Assembly: GCA_038844785.1 (NCBI GenBank)
Contig: JAWBRA010000006.1
Coordinates: forward strand, 8,244 to 72,243
Source: Candidatus Caldarchaeum sp.
GTDB lineage: Archaea; Thermoproteota; Nitrososphaeria_A; Caldarchaeales; Caldarchaeaceae
Direction of reading: 5' to 3'
DNA length: 64,000 bases
Position numbers and translations under genes: made by a program. Every line of letters begins with the position of its first letter. Positions within the stretch are counted from its first letter, which is position 1. Positions 39,497-49,289 of this stretch are shown piece by piece. A model generated the notes under the pieces. The model was not told where the DNA came from. It saw nothing but the letters and a program-made list of their open reading frames with translations, and searched no databases.

Positions 39497-40864
39497 ATGG
39501 CTGAGTCGAAACCAGCGTCGAGAAGGTCTGTTCTTACGTCGGGCATAGCTGCTGCGGCTGGGCTTCTCGTCGGAATTGCCGCGGGCTCGCAAGCCTTTCC
39601 CAGAACAGTAACCGCTGAAAAAACCGTCGTGCAAACGCAGGCGGTGACGAGAACGGAGACGAGAGCAGAGACGAGAACCGAGACAGTGGTCAAGCAGCCG
39701 CCACGAATTCCGGCTGGAGACTTCACGTGGAAGGTTTCAGGGTCGACGAACATCGTCGTCGTCGGCGCAGGACCTGCAGGCGCCCAGTTCACCAAAAGGA
39801 TAGTCGAGCTCGTTAAAAACGTCAACGTGACAATCATAGACAGGAACAGTTTCTGGGTGTCGGGTCCAAGCCACGTGGACTTTGTCGGCGGGATTAAGGA
39901 GCTGAAGGACGCTGTCGTCTATTTTGACAAGCTTGTCGGGGACAGAGTGAGGCTGGTCAACGCCAACGTGGTCGCGATAGACCCTGCTGAAAGACGTGTC
40001 GAAACCAACTACGGCTATACAAAGTATGACCTGCTTGTTCTGGCGCCTGGCATCGAGCTGGCAACATGGGAAGTTCCGGGCCTTGAGAGGGTGAAGAACC
40101 TCCACGCATGGGACCCCGGCCTAGCCGTGCGTCTCAGGGAAGAGCTTCGGAAGCTCGACGGGGGAAACGTTGTCTTCAGCGTTCCACCAGCACCCTACAA
40201 ATGCCCGCCAGCACCCTACGAGGTCGCGTTTCTCAGCCACGAATACCTCAGAGAGCTGGGCAAGAAGGTCAACGTCATCGTTCTGGACGCCAACGCCAAC
40301 CCCCAGCCTCCACCCAAAGCCAAGATCTTCTCGGAACATATGACCAAACTCGGAATCGACTACAGGCCCAACTTCAAGGTCGTAGAGGTTGACGCCGACA
40401 AGTCGGAGGTTGTTTCCGACAAGGGCGAGCGTGTAAAGTTCGACTTCCTATCCTTACTGCCGCCCAACGTTGCGCCCGGCTTCGTAAGAAGAGCTGGTTT
40501 AGGCGCCAGGTTCATGGACATCGACCCTGCCACGTTCAAGAGCAAGAGCTACGACGACATATACGGTTTGGGTGATGCGGTTGCATCGCCTTACACGAAG
40601 TCGGCTTATGTTGCGCAGAGGTCTGGGAGGAGGCTGGCTGAGCTGACCGCTGAGAAGCTGGGCGTCACACCTCCCGAGAAGGTATCGGTCTTCAACACAT
40701 GCTGGAGCTATGTCAACAAGAAACAGCTGTCGGTGATAGAGGTCGAGTGGGATGCCAAAGGTGCTGTCGTGTCAGGCTATCCGAAGGTCGGAGACCCAAC
40801 TGAAGAGAACTTCGGAAGAAGACAGGCTTGGGAGCGGTCTCTCCTGCTGGGCATCTACGGCTAA
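39497..40864 (+). CDS. fccB: Flavocytochrome c sulfide dehydrogenase flavoprotein-like (FccB/SoxF), Tat-exported
   Basis: SRRSVL Tat motif, Thr-rich linker, VVVGAGPAG, YKCPPAPYE, GDA, KSAYVA and NTCWS. Confidence 0.82.
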   Translation: MAESKPASRRSVLTSGIAAAAGLLVGIAAGSQAFPRTVTAEKTVVQTQAVTRTETRAETRTETVVKQPPRIPAGDFTWKVSGSTNIVVVGAGPAGAQFTKRIVELVKNVNVTIIDRNSFWVSGPSHVDFVGGIKELKDAVVYFDKLVGDRVRLVNANVVAIDPAERRVETNYGYTKYDLLVLAPGIELATWEVPGLERVKNLHAWDPGLAVRLREELRKLDGGNVVFSVPPAPYKCPPAPYEVAFLSHEYLRELGKKVNVIVLDANANPQPPPKAKIFSEHMTKLGIDYRPNFKVVEVDADKSEVVSDKGERVKFDFLSLLPPNVAPGFVRRAGLGARFMDIDPATFKSKSYDDIYGLGDAVASPYTKSAYVAQRSGRRLAELTAEKLGVTPPEKVSVFNTCWSYVNKKQLSVIEVEWDAKGAVVSGYPKVGDPTEENFGRRQAWERSLLLGIYG

Positions 40865-40868
40865 AGCC

Positions 40869-41648
40869 ATGACACGTCTCAACTACATCCCTATCCTTTT
40901 TTCATCAGCGCTCCTAGCGCTTGCTTTCATGCAAGTCATCCTAGCGCCGGCGTCTAAGTCAAACTTCACAGTCTCCAAATTCACTCTGGCACAGGACGAG
41001 ATGAAGATAGTTGAGTTATCGCTGAAGCCAGGCGACAGATACATCATCGGCTTGGAGACCACGGGGTTGAGCGACCTGTACGTGCTGGGTGGCAGAGATG
41101 CTGAAACTTTCAAAAAAGACGGAAGCGTTCCCTCGACTGCAACCGGCTTCCACTTCCTGAAAACACTCACCTACGCGCTTCCGTCGCAGACCGGCGGAAC
41201 TTACCTCATCTTGGTCAAACAGCGTGAAGCCGGAGAGGTTACGCTGCGCATCGAGCCGGGGTTGATCGACGACGCAACCCGAAAACTCAGGTCAGGCAAG
41301 GAGGTTCTCAGAAACTCGTTCGAATCAGTTTTGCCTAAGGATGCTCGCCTCACGCTACCAGTGTACCAGTTCATCCCCGGAACGAAGCTGCATCTGAACG
41401 TCGAAGGCGATGCTATGGTGGCGTTGCTTGACATGGACGGGTTTTACGCCTACAGCAAGGGAAGGAAACAGCTCTCAGACCTGTGCAAAACATCGAACTG
41501 TCTGAAAGGCTCTGGAAGCCTCAGCCTCGACTCCGAAGACTTTGTCGACCTTTATCTCGTGGCCGAGGACAGCCGTTCTCCAACGAAGCTGTCCATGCAG
41601 GTAATCGCAACGGAGAAAATGCTCTTCTATGTCGGGACCTGTTCATGA
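40869..41648 (+). CDS. Hypothetical exported protein
   Basis: N-terminal signal/TM and beta-rich repeats; closely spaced between fccB and the cupredoxin gene. Confidence 0.65.
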   Translation: MTRLNYIPILFSSALLALAFMQVILAPASKSNFTVSKFTLAQDEMKIVELSLKPGDRYIIGLETTGLSDLYVLGGRDAETFKKDGSVPSTATGFHFLKTLTYALPSQTGGTYLILVKQREAGEVTLRIEPGLIDDATRKLRSGKEVLRNSFESVLPKDARLTLPVYQFIPGTKLHLNVEGDAMVALLDMDGFYAYSKGRKQLSDLCKTSNCLKGSGSLSLDSEDFVDLYLVAEDSRSPTKLSMQVIATEKMLFYVGTCS

Positions 41649-42076
41649 GGAAATACCTGACCGCAGCCGCTATGCTTGCGGTCTCAGCGCTGGTTGTCTA
41701 CTTTTTCTTCTCTGGGCTCGTCTACGGCAACAAGCCTAGCCAGCTGCCGACGACAACAACGGTGACGGTGGTCATCCGCCACGGCGCATATAAGGGAGAC
41801 CCATCCCTAGCCTACGAGCCTACACACATAAAGGTGGTGTTGAAAGTGAACAACACTGTTGTCTGGGTTAACGAAGACATCGTACTACATGATGTGACCC
41901 ATGAGCCCTGCGCATATAACGAGCCGGGCTGCATCGAAAAGTTTAGGTCAAAGCTGTTGGACAAAAATGAGAGCTTCACCTTTACTTTCGACAAGGTAGG
42001 AACATATAGATACCGATGCTCACCCCATCCGTGGATGCGTGGAACCGTGGTCGTCGAGGCAGGTGGGAAGCAGTGA
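41645..42076 (+). CDS. Type-1 blue copper protein (plastocyanin/amicyanin-like), membrane anchored
   Basis: VVWVNED...HDVT...YRYRCSPHPWMRG. Confidence 0.88.
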   Translation: MRKYLTAAAMLAVSALVVYFFFSGLVYGNKPSQLPTTTTVTVVIRHGAYKGDPSLAYEPTHIKVVLKVNNTVVWVNEDIVLHDVTHEPCAYNEPGCIEKFRSKLLDKNESFTFTFDKVGTYRYRCSPHPWMRGTVVVEAGGKQ

Positions 42077-42081
42077 AAACC

Positions 42082-43179
42082 ATGCAAACAGTCTCCCTAA
42101 TCACCATGGTAATCGTGATAGCTTCTGTCGCTGTCTACATGGCTGGAGGCTTCATACAGCATGCTCTGTTCATAGTCTTCGGCGTCCTTTACGGCTACGC
42201 AATCTACAAGGCGAGGATCTGTTTTGCGACAGCCTTCTACGGAGACCCCAACGTCATGACAGCCATACTGATAAGCCTAGCTGTAGCCAGCTTAGGCTCA
42301 ACATTTATAGTGATGAACGGGTTGAACGTGCCTCCCGCTCTGCCCGTCGGCCCCCACATTCTTATCGGCTCCTTCCTTTTCGGGCTGGTCATGCCCTTCA
42401 CAGGCGGCTGCATAACAGGCGTGATGTTCAGGTTTGGAGCCGGACATGCGAAAGCGCTCGCATCCATAACTGGAATTCTCGTCGGAAACTTCCTAGGCTC
42501 TTACTTCGTCTGGGGGGTTGTGGAGCCGTTCATAGACATCGGCAGGGGTTTCAGCTTTTTCCAAATCCTCGGGCCCTTGGGCGGCTTGGCGCTCAACCTA
42601 TGTCTGATATACGTGCTGCTGATGATTACCTGGAGGCCGTGGAGAGGTCTGTCCCAGAACTTTAGCATCAAGTCGGTTATCTCTAACATGAAGCAGGCGT
42701 TCAACTCTGGCTGGTGGCCTGCATGGCTTGGAGGGCTTGTCATAGCCCTCGTGTTCATCGTCCAGTTCGCCCTCTACTCATCGCTGTCAATCCAGCTCCC
42801 CATAGCACGGTTTACGCTCTGGTCGGCGTCGTCTTTGATAGACGTGGAGCAGGTTGCTTGGGCGGTTAGGTGGGGTGTTCGAGAGACTTTCAACGACCCT
42901 CTCCAGCTGCTGGTCATCGGGTTGGTTGTCGGCGCGATGCTGGGCTCAACCTCCTCCGGCAACTTCAGCTGCTACATGGGGGGAAGGCGGAAAGACATGG
43001 TCACAGGCTTCCTGGCCGGCGTATTCATGGGGATAGTTGTCTGGATAGCGGTCGGATGCAACGTTTCAGGTTTCTGGGCTTCGGTCGCAACACTCCGGCC
43101 GGAGGGCTGGCTGTACGCGCTCGGCATGTTCCTCGGCGCCAGAACAGGCATGAAAATCCTAACCAAGATGTATCTGTGA
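42082..43179 (+). CDS. YeeE/YedE-family sulfur compound transporter
   Basis: RICFATAF, GGCITG and GCNV give three conserved Cys; GSFLFG..MP motif; polytopic. Confidence 0.85.
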   Translation: MQTVSLITMVIVIASVAVYMAGGFIQHALFIVFGVLYGYAIYKARICFATAFYGDPNVMTAILISLAVASLGSTFIVMNGLNVPPALPVGPHILIGSFLFGLVMPFTGGCITGVMFRFGAGHAKALASITGILVGNFLGSYFVWGVVEPFIDIGRGFSFFQILGPLGGLALNLCLIYVLLMITWRPWRGLSQNFSIKSVISNMKQAFNSGWWPAWLGGLVIALVFIVQFALYSSLSIQLPIARFTLWSASSLIDVEQVAWAVRWGVRETFNDPLQLLVIGLVVGAMLGSTSSGNFSCYMGGRRKDMVTGFLAGVFMGIVVWIAVGCNVSGFWASVATLRPEGWLYALGMFLGARTGMKILTKMYL

Positions 43180-43218
43180 ACACGCCTGCCGACATGGCCG
43201 GAGAAACGTTATGCAAGC

Positions 43219-46005
43219 TTAAGCTGACAGCTTGAAGGCTTGCGGCGTAGGTTTGAAGGGTCTCAGAAGCCACAGCGGCCGTCTCAGGTCTCCCGACGGC
43301 GGCCTCGTCAACCCAAGCCAGCGTCTGTAAACCTCCATGCTCTTCTGCAAATCAACGTATACGTCTCCATACCTGTCTCCCGGGCGGGCTTTCTCAACCC
43401 TGACCTTCTGATGCCATGCATGCTGGCCGCTCACCGGGTCTGGCTGGACTGGAAACGTCAGGTTCACGGTCACGCCTGAATCGGTCCACCAAATCCTCGA
43501 GGTGTCAGGGTCTTTCGTCTTGAACGGACGGATGTCGACAACCCTTCTCATCCTGAAAACATCTCCCTCCTCGACGATTTCCACCAAGGCTGAGGCGATT
43601 CTCGACGCGCCTACGTCGTTGAAAAGCCTGAACCTTCCAAAATGCTCCGTGCATCCCACGACGCCGGGAAGGATTCCCTCCGTAACCCAGGCCTTGCTCA
43701 CAAAGTAGCCCGTTTCCGTAACCACCCTGACTAGGTCGCCGGTTTTGACTCCCAGCCGCTCGGCGTCACGAGGGTTCATCCACAACGGGTTGGTGTGCGA
43801 GATCTCCGTAAGCCATTTAGCGTTGTTTGAACGGGTGTGGATTTGAGTGGGAACACGCATCGTCGAAACTAGGACAAACTCGTTCTTCTCCCTGTCAACG
43901 TTGCTGGGGTGCACATGGCTGGGTGTGTATGACGGTACGGAGTATTCCGGCCATCCCCACTCCTTCAAAGTCCTGGAGTAGAACTCTATCTTTCGCGACG
44001 GGGTTGGAAAGCCGACGACCGCTCTGCCGTCAACCATCACACCTATCCTGTAACCTTTCTCGGTCAGCTCCGTCGCAGGCATGGGAACCATGTTAACCCT
44101 TTTAGGCGGGCTCCGAGAGTAAATCACATCCGTTTCTTCATCGACGTATCCGTCGCCAATCTCTACAGGTGTCTCGTGGTTGTTGTAGCTTTCCGGCTTC
44201 AGCTCGTATGCTCCAAACTTCCTCATGTAGGTGAGCGGGTCAAGCCCCATCTCCGCAGCCTTCTCCTTCAAGCCCGGAACAGAGTTGGAGAAAATCCAGC
44301 CGTAGAATTCGTCGACGGTAATCTTCTCACCTGGCTTGGAAGGCGACTCGAACTGTTTTCTGATTCCAAGGCTTCCGTCGGGGTCTATCCTCCAAGAAAG
44401 CTCAATCCAGAAAGCGGCTTCGTCCATGCATTCGGCAGGCTGTTCAAGCTTTCTCCCCAGCTTCTCCTCAACAACCCTCGCTACAGGCTGTCTGAAACCA
44501 ATCCAAACGCCCGCATAAGACTCGTAGCTGTGGATGTCATGTCTCTCAAGCGCCGTTCCAACAGGCAGGACAAGGTCTGCATACCACGCAGTCTCGTTCC
44601 AGAAGGGTGTGAGAGCGGCTATGAACTCTATTTTGCTTTCATCCCGTAAAACCTTAGCCCACATGAAGCCGTCTGGATAGGTCACAACTGGGTTGAAGGC
44701 TCTGGGCATGTAGACCGAAATCTTCCCCCTGCCTTCTTCGAGCAGGTGCGGGAGCAGGAAGCTCATCTCATAATGTGCGAGTGGAAACTCCTTCGGAAAC
44801 AACAGCTCGTTCCACACCTTCTGCGGAGCTGGATGATGGGGCAGACGCGGCACAAACTTGTGGTAGACGTTGAGGTCCATGCCGCCTTTCGTCCCTATGC
44901 TCCCCGTCAACGCGTGGAGGAAGACAAGCGCTCGCGCCACCTGCCAGCCGCCAAGGTTCCCCGCGCATGCAGACCGCCATGTGTGGCTGGAGAACGCATG
45001 TCCAGCCTTCGCAATCTCCCTCGCCAGAGTTCTCACAACCTCGGCCGGAACACGGCACTCCCTCTCAACAAACTCAGGCGAGTAAACCGAGTAAACCTCC
45101 TTCAAAACCTTGACGAAGTTCTCGAAAGTTGGTTGTTTGTCCTTGTGCTCCTCAACCATGTATTCCCGCCAGTTGACCCATTTGCGGAGAAACTCCCGGT
45201 CATACAGGTCTTCTTGGAGAATTATGTTGGCGATGCCCAAGAGTAGCGCGGCCTCTGTTCCAGGCCAGCAGCAAACCCAGTAGTCAGCCATCGCGGCTGT
45301 GTTGGAAAGCCTGACGTCGATGACGGCCAGCTTGGCACCTCTCTTCTTCCCCTCGATTATCCTCTGGGCGTGGGGGTTGAAGTAATGCCCGCTCTCAAGA
45401 TGGTCCGATATCAGCAGGATGAACCTAGCGTTCTCGAAGTCGGAGCAAGGCCTGTCAGCCCCCATGATGAACGAGTAGCCAGCTCTTGCTGAGGCGGAGC
45501 AGACGTTGGTGTGGCTGTTCCTCCCGTCAACGCCCCAAGACTGGAGTATCCACTCCATAAACCCGTCCTCACCCGGCCTCCCAACATGGTACATCACCTC
45601 GTTCATTCTCCCTTGTTTGAGGCATCTCCGGATTCTCTCAGCAAGCATGTCGAGGGCTTCGTCCCAGCTTATCCTAACCCATCTGCCCTCGCCTCTTTTG
45701 CTGCCGTCAGCCCTCTTCATAGGGTGCGGAATCCTTTCAGGGTCGTAGAACTGGTTGAGCGATGCTGGACCTTTAGCACAGTTCCTGCCCCTGCTGGTTG
45801 GGTGGAAAGGATTGCCCTCCAGCTTTACAATCCTAAGGTCTTGTTTGTCGACGTATGCGAGAAGCCCGCAGCCAGCCTCGCAGTTGAAACACACCGTGGG
45901 AACAATCATGTACTTTTTCTTGACGCGGTTGGGCCATGCAGCAGCATCATATTCTTCCCAGTCATCCCATTTGTCGGGCGGTGGATGGCTGAGAAATTTT
46001 TGCAT
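43219..46005 (-). CDS. Molybdopterin oxidoreductase catalytic subunit (DMSO reductase superfamily, Psr/Ttr-like), no Tat signal
   Basis: CFNCEAGC...NCAKG 4Fe-4S motif, HTNVCS candidate Cys Mo-ligand and the C-terminal WMNPRDAERLGVKTGD molydop-binding domain. Confidence 0.9.
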   Translation of the reverse strand: MQKFLSHPPPDKWDDWEEYDAAAWPNRVKKKYMIVPTVCFNCEAGCGLLAYVDKQDLRIVKLEGNPFHPTSRGRNCAKGPASLNQFYDPERIPHPMKRADGSKRGEGRWVRISWDEALDMLAERIRRCLKQGRMNEVMYHVGRPGEDGFMEWILQSWGVDGRNSHTNVCSASARAGYSFIMGADRPCSDFENARFILLISDHLESGHYFNPHAQRIIEGKKRGAKLAVIDVRLSNTAAMADYWVCCWPGTEAALLLGIANIILQEDLYDREFLRKWVNWREYMVEEHKDKQPTFENFVKVLKEVYSVYSPEFVERECRVPAEVVRTLAREIAKAGHAFSSHTWRSACAGNLGGWQVARALVFLHALTGSIGTKGGMDLNVYHKFVPRLPHHPAPQKVWNELLFPKEFPLAHYEMSFLLPHLLEEGRGKISVYMPRAFNPVVTYPDGFMWAKVLRDESKIEFIAALTPFWNETAWYADLVLPVGTALERHDIHSYESYAGVWIGFRQPVARVVEEKLGRKLEQPAECMDEAAFWIELSWRIDPDGSLGIRKQFESPSKPGEKITVDEFYGWIFSNSVPGLKEKAAEMGLDPLTYMRKFGAYELKPESYNNHETPVEIGDGYVDEETDVIYSRSPPKRVNMVPMPATELTEKGYRIGVMVDGRAVVGFPTPSRKIEFYSRTLKEWGWPEYSVPSYTPSHVHPSNVDREKNEFVLVSTMRVPTQIHTRSNNAKWLTEISHTNPLWMNPRDAERLGVKTGDLVRVVTETGYFVSKAWVTEGILPGVVGCTEHFGRFRLFNDVGASRIASALVEIVEEGDVFRMRRVVDIRPFKTKDPDTSRIWWTDSGVTVNLTFPVQPDPVSGQHAWHQKVRVEKARPGDRYGDVYVDLQKSMEVYRRWLGLTRPPSGDLRRPLWLLRPFKPTPQAFKLSA

Positions 46006-46076
46006 GCTCAGCTACGGATGTCCGAGATTTATTTAAATATTTAGTTATTACGGAAAGCTTATCTATTTTCTTCATC

Positions 46077-47573
46077 GTGGACAAAGTAATGCCTAGCTAT
46101 GGTTTTGTGATCGACCAGACACGGTGTATTGGTTGTCATGCTTGCACCGTCGCATGCAAGATGGAGAACCATGTGGCTTTGGGCGTTTTCAGAACATGGG
46201 TCAAGTACATCGAGCGGGGAGCTTTTCCAAACGCCAGAAGGTTCTACACGGTTTTACGATGCAACCATTGCGACGACGCTCCATGCGTGAAAATCTGCCC
46301 AACATCTGCGCTTTTCAAACGGCGAGATGGTATAGTTGACTTTGACGACAGCAGATGCATAGGATGCAAGGCATGTATGCAAGCATGCCCGTACGACGCT
46401 CTCTACATAGACCCTGAGGAGAACACCGCCGCCAAATGCCATTTCTGCGCCCACAGAATCGAGCAGGGTTTGGAGCCTGCCTGCGTGATTGTTTGTCCAA
46501 CTGGAGCAATTTTATGGGGTGATTTGGAGGACCCGCTGAGCAAGGTATCGCGGGCTATGAGAGACAACCCGGTTATGGTCAGGAAGCCGGAGCAGAAGAC
46601 CAAGCCCAAACTCTACTACATCGGAGCAGACCAGCATGCCTTAACGCCGACCTCGCTGACGAAACATTCCTTCTACATGTGGTCTGACAGAAGCGCTGAC
46701 GGCGGAGACAGCTCGTCTCCCTCTAGCGGCGGGTCGCGCGTGGTGTACGATGTGGAGCATCCAAAGCCTTGGAAGCTAAAAATATCAACCTACGTTTTCA
46801 CGAAAGCTGTGGCGGCAGGCCTGATGATGATGCTGGCAATTCTCAGCCTGTTCCTATCAACGCCACCGAACCTTTTCACAAACGTCATACCGTCCGTCAG
46901 CCTTCTGTTCCAAGCTGTGACGGGCTTCCTCCTCGTCGCAGACCTCAAAAAACCAACGCGGTTCCATTACATCTTTCTCAAGCCAAACTTCTCTTCATGG
47001 CTTGCGAAAGGGGCTTTCGTTCTGGGGGTTTTCGGCCTAGTAACAGTCATATGGATGTTTTCGCAAAATATTGTTCTCTCAATCCTCACAATTCCGCTCG
47101 CGGCCTTGGCCGCTGGCTACAGCAGTTTCCTTTTCAACCAGTGTGAGGGAAGGGACTTCTGGCAGTCGCCGTCTTCGCTGCTGCATTTTGTCTTCTCAGC
47201 CATCCAAGCCGGCTCGGCCGCAACAATACTGATAGCATTTGCTGGACAGCTGGGAGTTCTGGGAATCAGCCTGCTGGGTGTTTCGCTGGCCTTGTCAAAC
47301 ATCGTCTTAACCCTCGTTCTATTGGCGGATGTGTTCATGCACCATGCTACGGCTGAGGGTGAGGTTGCTGCGTATTACCTGAGTAGGGGTGGCGGGGCCC
47401 CGCTTTTCTGGACAAGCATCACAGCTTTCATCATCTCAACGATAGCGGCTGTCACCTACGTTTTGAGAACCGATTCTATCCTCGGATTCCTGGCGTCTCT
47501 GACAGCGTTGGCAGGCTTGTTCATCTATGAAACTGTGTGGGTTAAGGCTGGGCAGGTGGCGCCTCTAAGCTAG
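46077..47573 (+). CDS. 4Fe-4S dicluster (NrfC/PsrB) fused to NrfD/PsrC membrane anchor
   Basis: CIGCHACTVAC, CNHCDDAPCVKICP, CIGCKACMQACP and KCHFC motifs, then W..KISTY, DLKKPTRF, SSWLAKG and AGQ. Confidence 0.9.
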   Translation: MDKVMPSYGFVIDQTRCIGCHACTVACKMENHVALGVFRTWVKYIERGAFPNARRFYTVLRCNHCDDAPCVKICPTSALFKRRDGIVDFDDSRCIGCKACMQACPYDALYIDPEENTAAKCHFCAHRIEQGLEPACVIVCPTGAILWGDLEDPLSKVSRAMRDNPVMVRKPEQKTKPKLYYIGADQHALTPTSLTKHSFYMWSDRSADGGDSSSPSSGGSRVVYDVEHPKPWKLKISTYVFTKAVAAGLMMMLAILSLFLSTPPNLFTNVIPSVSLLFQAVTGFLLVADLKKPTRFHYIFLKPNFSSWLAKGAFVLGVFGLVTVIWMFSQNIVLSILTIPLAALAAGYSSFLFNQCEGRDFWQSPSSLLHFVFSAIQAGSAATILIAFAGQLGVLGISLLGVSLALSNIVLTLVLLADVFMHHATAEGEVAAYYLSRGGGAPLFWTSITAFIISTIAAVTYVLRTDSILGFLASLTALAGLFIYETVWVKAGQVAPLS

Positions 47574-47652
47574 CATACAGTCAGAACACCTGGTCAACCA
47601 TCGCCGTAGACTTTTTAACTTCCTGAACGTGCTTCAAGCACAGCGGTTCAAA

Positions 47653-48417
47653 ATGGAGTATGTCCCCGTCCTGCTTGCGGCCTTTGTGATAGGGATTGCT
47701 TCAGCGGTTGTGGGAGCGGTTATAGGGGCAGGCGGCGGCTTCATATTCGTTCCCATAACCACGATGCTGCTCGACCTTCCACCTCGCACAATAATACCTG
47801 CAAGCCTCTCGCTTGTTTTCACCAACTCCCTCGCCGCTACTTGGATAAGGTTTTCAAAAGGCTCGTTCAGCTTCAACAAACTCTTGCCTTTGAGCCTTCT
47901 ACTCATACCTGGAGTGATAACAGGAAGCATAACCGTATCGGGTTTCAGCGCGCCGATGTTTAAGTTGGCTTTCGGCATCTTCCTGATAACGATATCAACG
48001 TTCATGGCCGTCGTCGAGAGAAACACTTCCGGAAAAGGTGATGGAGAAAAGCTGTTGACAACAATGGTTATAGTAGGTATTTCGGGGTTGGTGTCAAGCC
48101 TTTTCGGAGTAGGCGGAGGTTTGCTGATGGTGCCGAGCTTCGCAACGGTCGCTGGCATGAATATTAGGAAGGCGGTGTATTCGAGTCAGTTTTTCACGAT
48201 GTTCAGCTCGCTGTTCAGTCTTTTTGCATTTGGGCTGCAAGGCCACTTCGACGTTTTTTTGAGCACAGCATCCGCGTTAGGAGGCTTAACGGGGGGTGCG
48301 TTGGGAGCAGCCTTCAGCATCAAGGCGAGCAGCCGCCAGCTCAAAACAGTGGTGATAACAGCCTTTACCTCAATAGGGTTTTGGATGATAATTTCAACGA
48401 TGACAGGGTTCACTTGA
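47653..48417 (+). CDS. TauE/SafE sulfite exporter family protein
   Basis: Duplicated GAGGGFIFVP / GVGGGLLMVP motifs. Confidence 0.88.
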   Translation: MEYVPVLLAAFVIGIASAVVGAVIGAGGGFIFVPITTMLLDLPPRTIIPASLSLVFTNSLAATWIRFSKGSFSFNKLLPLSLLLIPGVITGSITVSGFSAPMFKLAFGIFLITISTFMAVVERNTSGKGDGEKLLTTMVIVGISGLVSSLFGVGGGLLMVPSFATVAGMNIRKAVYSSQFFTMFSSLFSLFAFGLQGHFDVFLSTASALGGLTGGALGAAFSIKASSRQLKTVVITAFTSIGFWMIISTMTGFT

Positions 48418-48572
48418 CAGATTCACATCCCACACATTATGTTCATCGTTGACAAGCGTAGCATCTAAATCATTACAAACCGGTTCTGTTCATGTGATTG
48501 GAGAAGGCGACACGGCGGAGTTGTCTAACTCGCGTTGAGGGGCCTTGTTTCGAAAGAGGAAAAATTAAATGG

Positions 48573-48998
48573 TTAGATGAAGATTGCGAGAGTTTTCGGG
48601 TCTGAAGCCATCTCGAGGAATGTCGAAGCACCTATCACGTCGTCGCAGACATCCACAAGGTCTTCCTGCTTCAAGCCGAAAAGGTTCATCGTAGGCGAGC
48701 AAGCGTGTATCTTGACACCGCTCTGCTTAGCCATCTTGAGCATGTCCACGAGCTTAGGCATGCCACCTTTAGCCAAAAGCTGGTCGAGCATTTCCCTGCT
48801 CATCCCCAGGTCAACGGAGGGGGCTATGGTTTCAGCCATCTGCTTGGTTAGAAGCTTCATTCCGCCGAACGTGAAGTATATGTGGGCTTCTTTTCCCTGG
48901 GCTACTGCTGTGGTTGCGAGGATGAGGGCTGGATAGAGGCCGTCGGCTGTGCCGCGGCTCGCAACAATAACCAACCGAGTCTTCTCTTCAGACAACAT
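48573..48998 (-). CDS. DsrE-family (DsrE2/DsrE3-like) sulfurtransferase
   Basis: YFTFGG, GVKIHACSPTM and IGASTFL motifs. Confidence 0.88.
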   Translation of the reverse strand: MLSEEKTRLVIVASRGTADGLYPALILATTAVAQGKEAHIYFTFGGMKLLTKQMAETIAPSVDLGMSREMLDQLLAKGGMPKLVDMLKMAKQSGVKIHACSPTMNLFGLKQEDLVDVCDDVIGASTFLEMASDPKTLAIFI

Positions 48999-49001
48999 AC
49001 A

Positions 49002-49250
49002 TCACCTCATCCTCTGGATCAAGAACCTGTAAACCTTAGGCGATTCCCCTTCCTCGCTGTATGAGATTATTTTGTTGCCTGACGTCCGAGACCATGCTTC
49101 AAGGTCTGGCTTCGAAGCCGGGTCAGTGGCCAAAACCTCCAAAACCTCGCCCACCGCTATGCTCTGGATGGCTTTGTTTGTTTTGATGACAGGCATGGGA
49201 CACATGTCGCCCCGAGCGTCTAAAACAAGTGCGGGTTTGATGGATGACAT
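49002..49250 (-). CDS. tusA: TusA sulfur carrier protein
   Basis: LDARGDMCPMPVI and LEVLATDP motifs. Confidence 0.93.
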   Translation of the reverse strand: MSSIKPALVLDARGDMCPMPVIKTNKAIQSIAVGEVLEVLATDPASKPDLEAWSRTSGNKIISYSEEGESPKVYRFLIQRMR

Positions 49251-49289
49251 ATTTGCATAACACAGTCTTTCCAGGTATAAAAACTTTTT

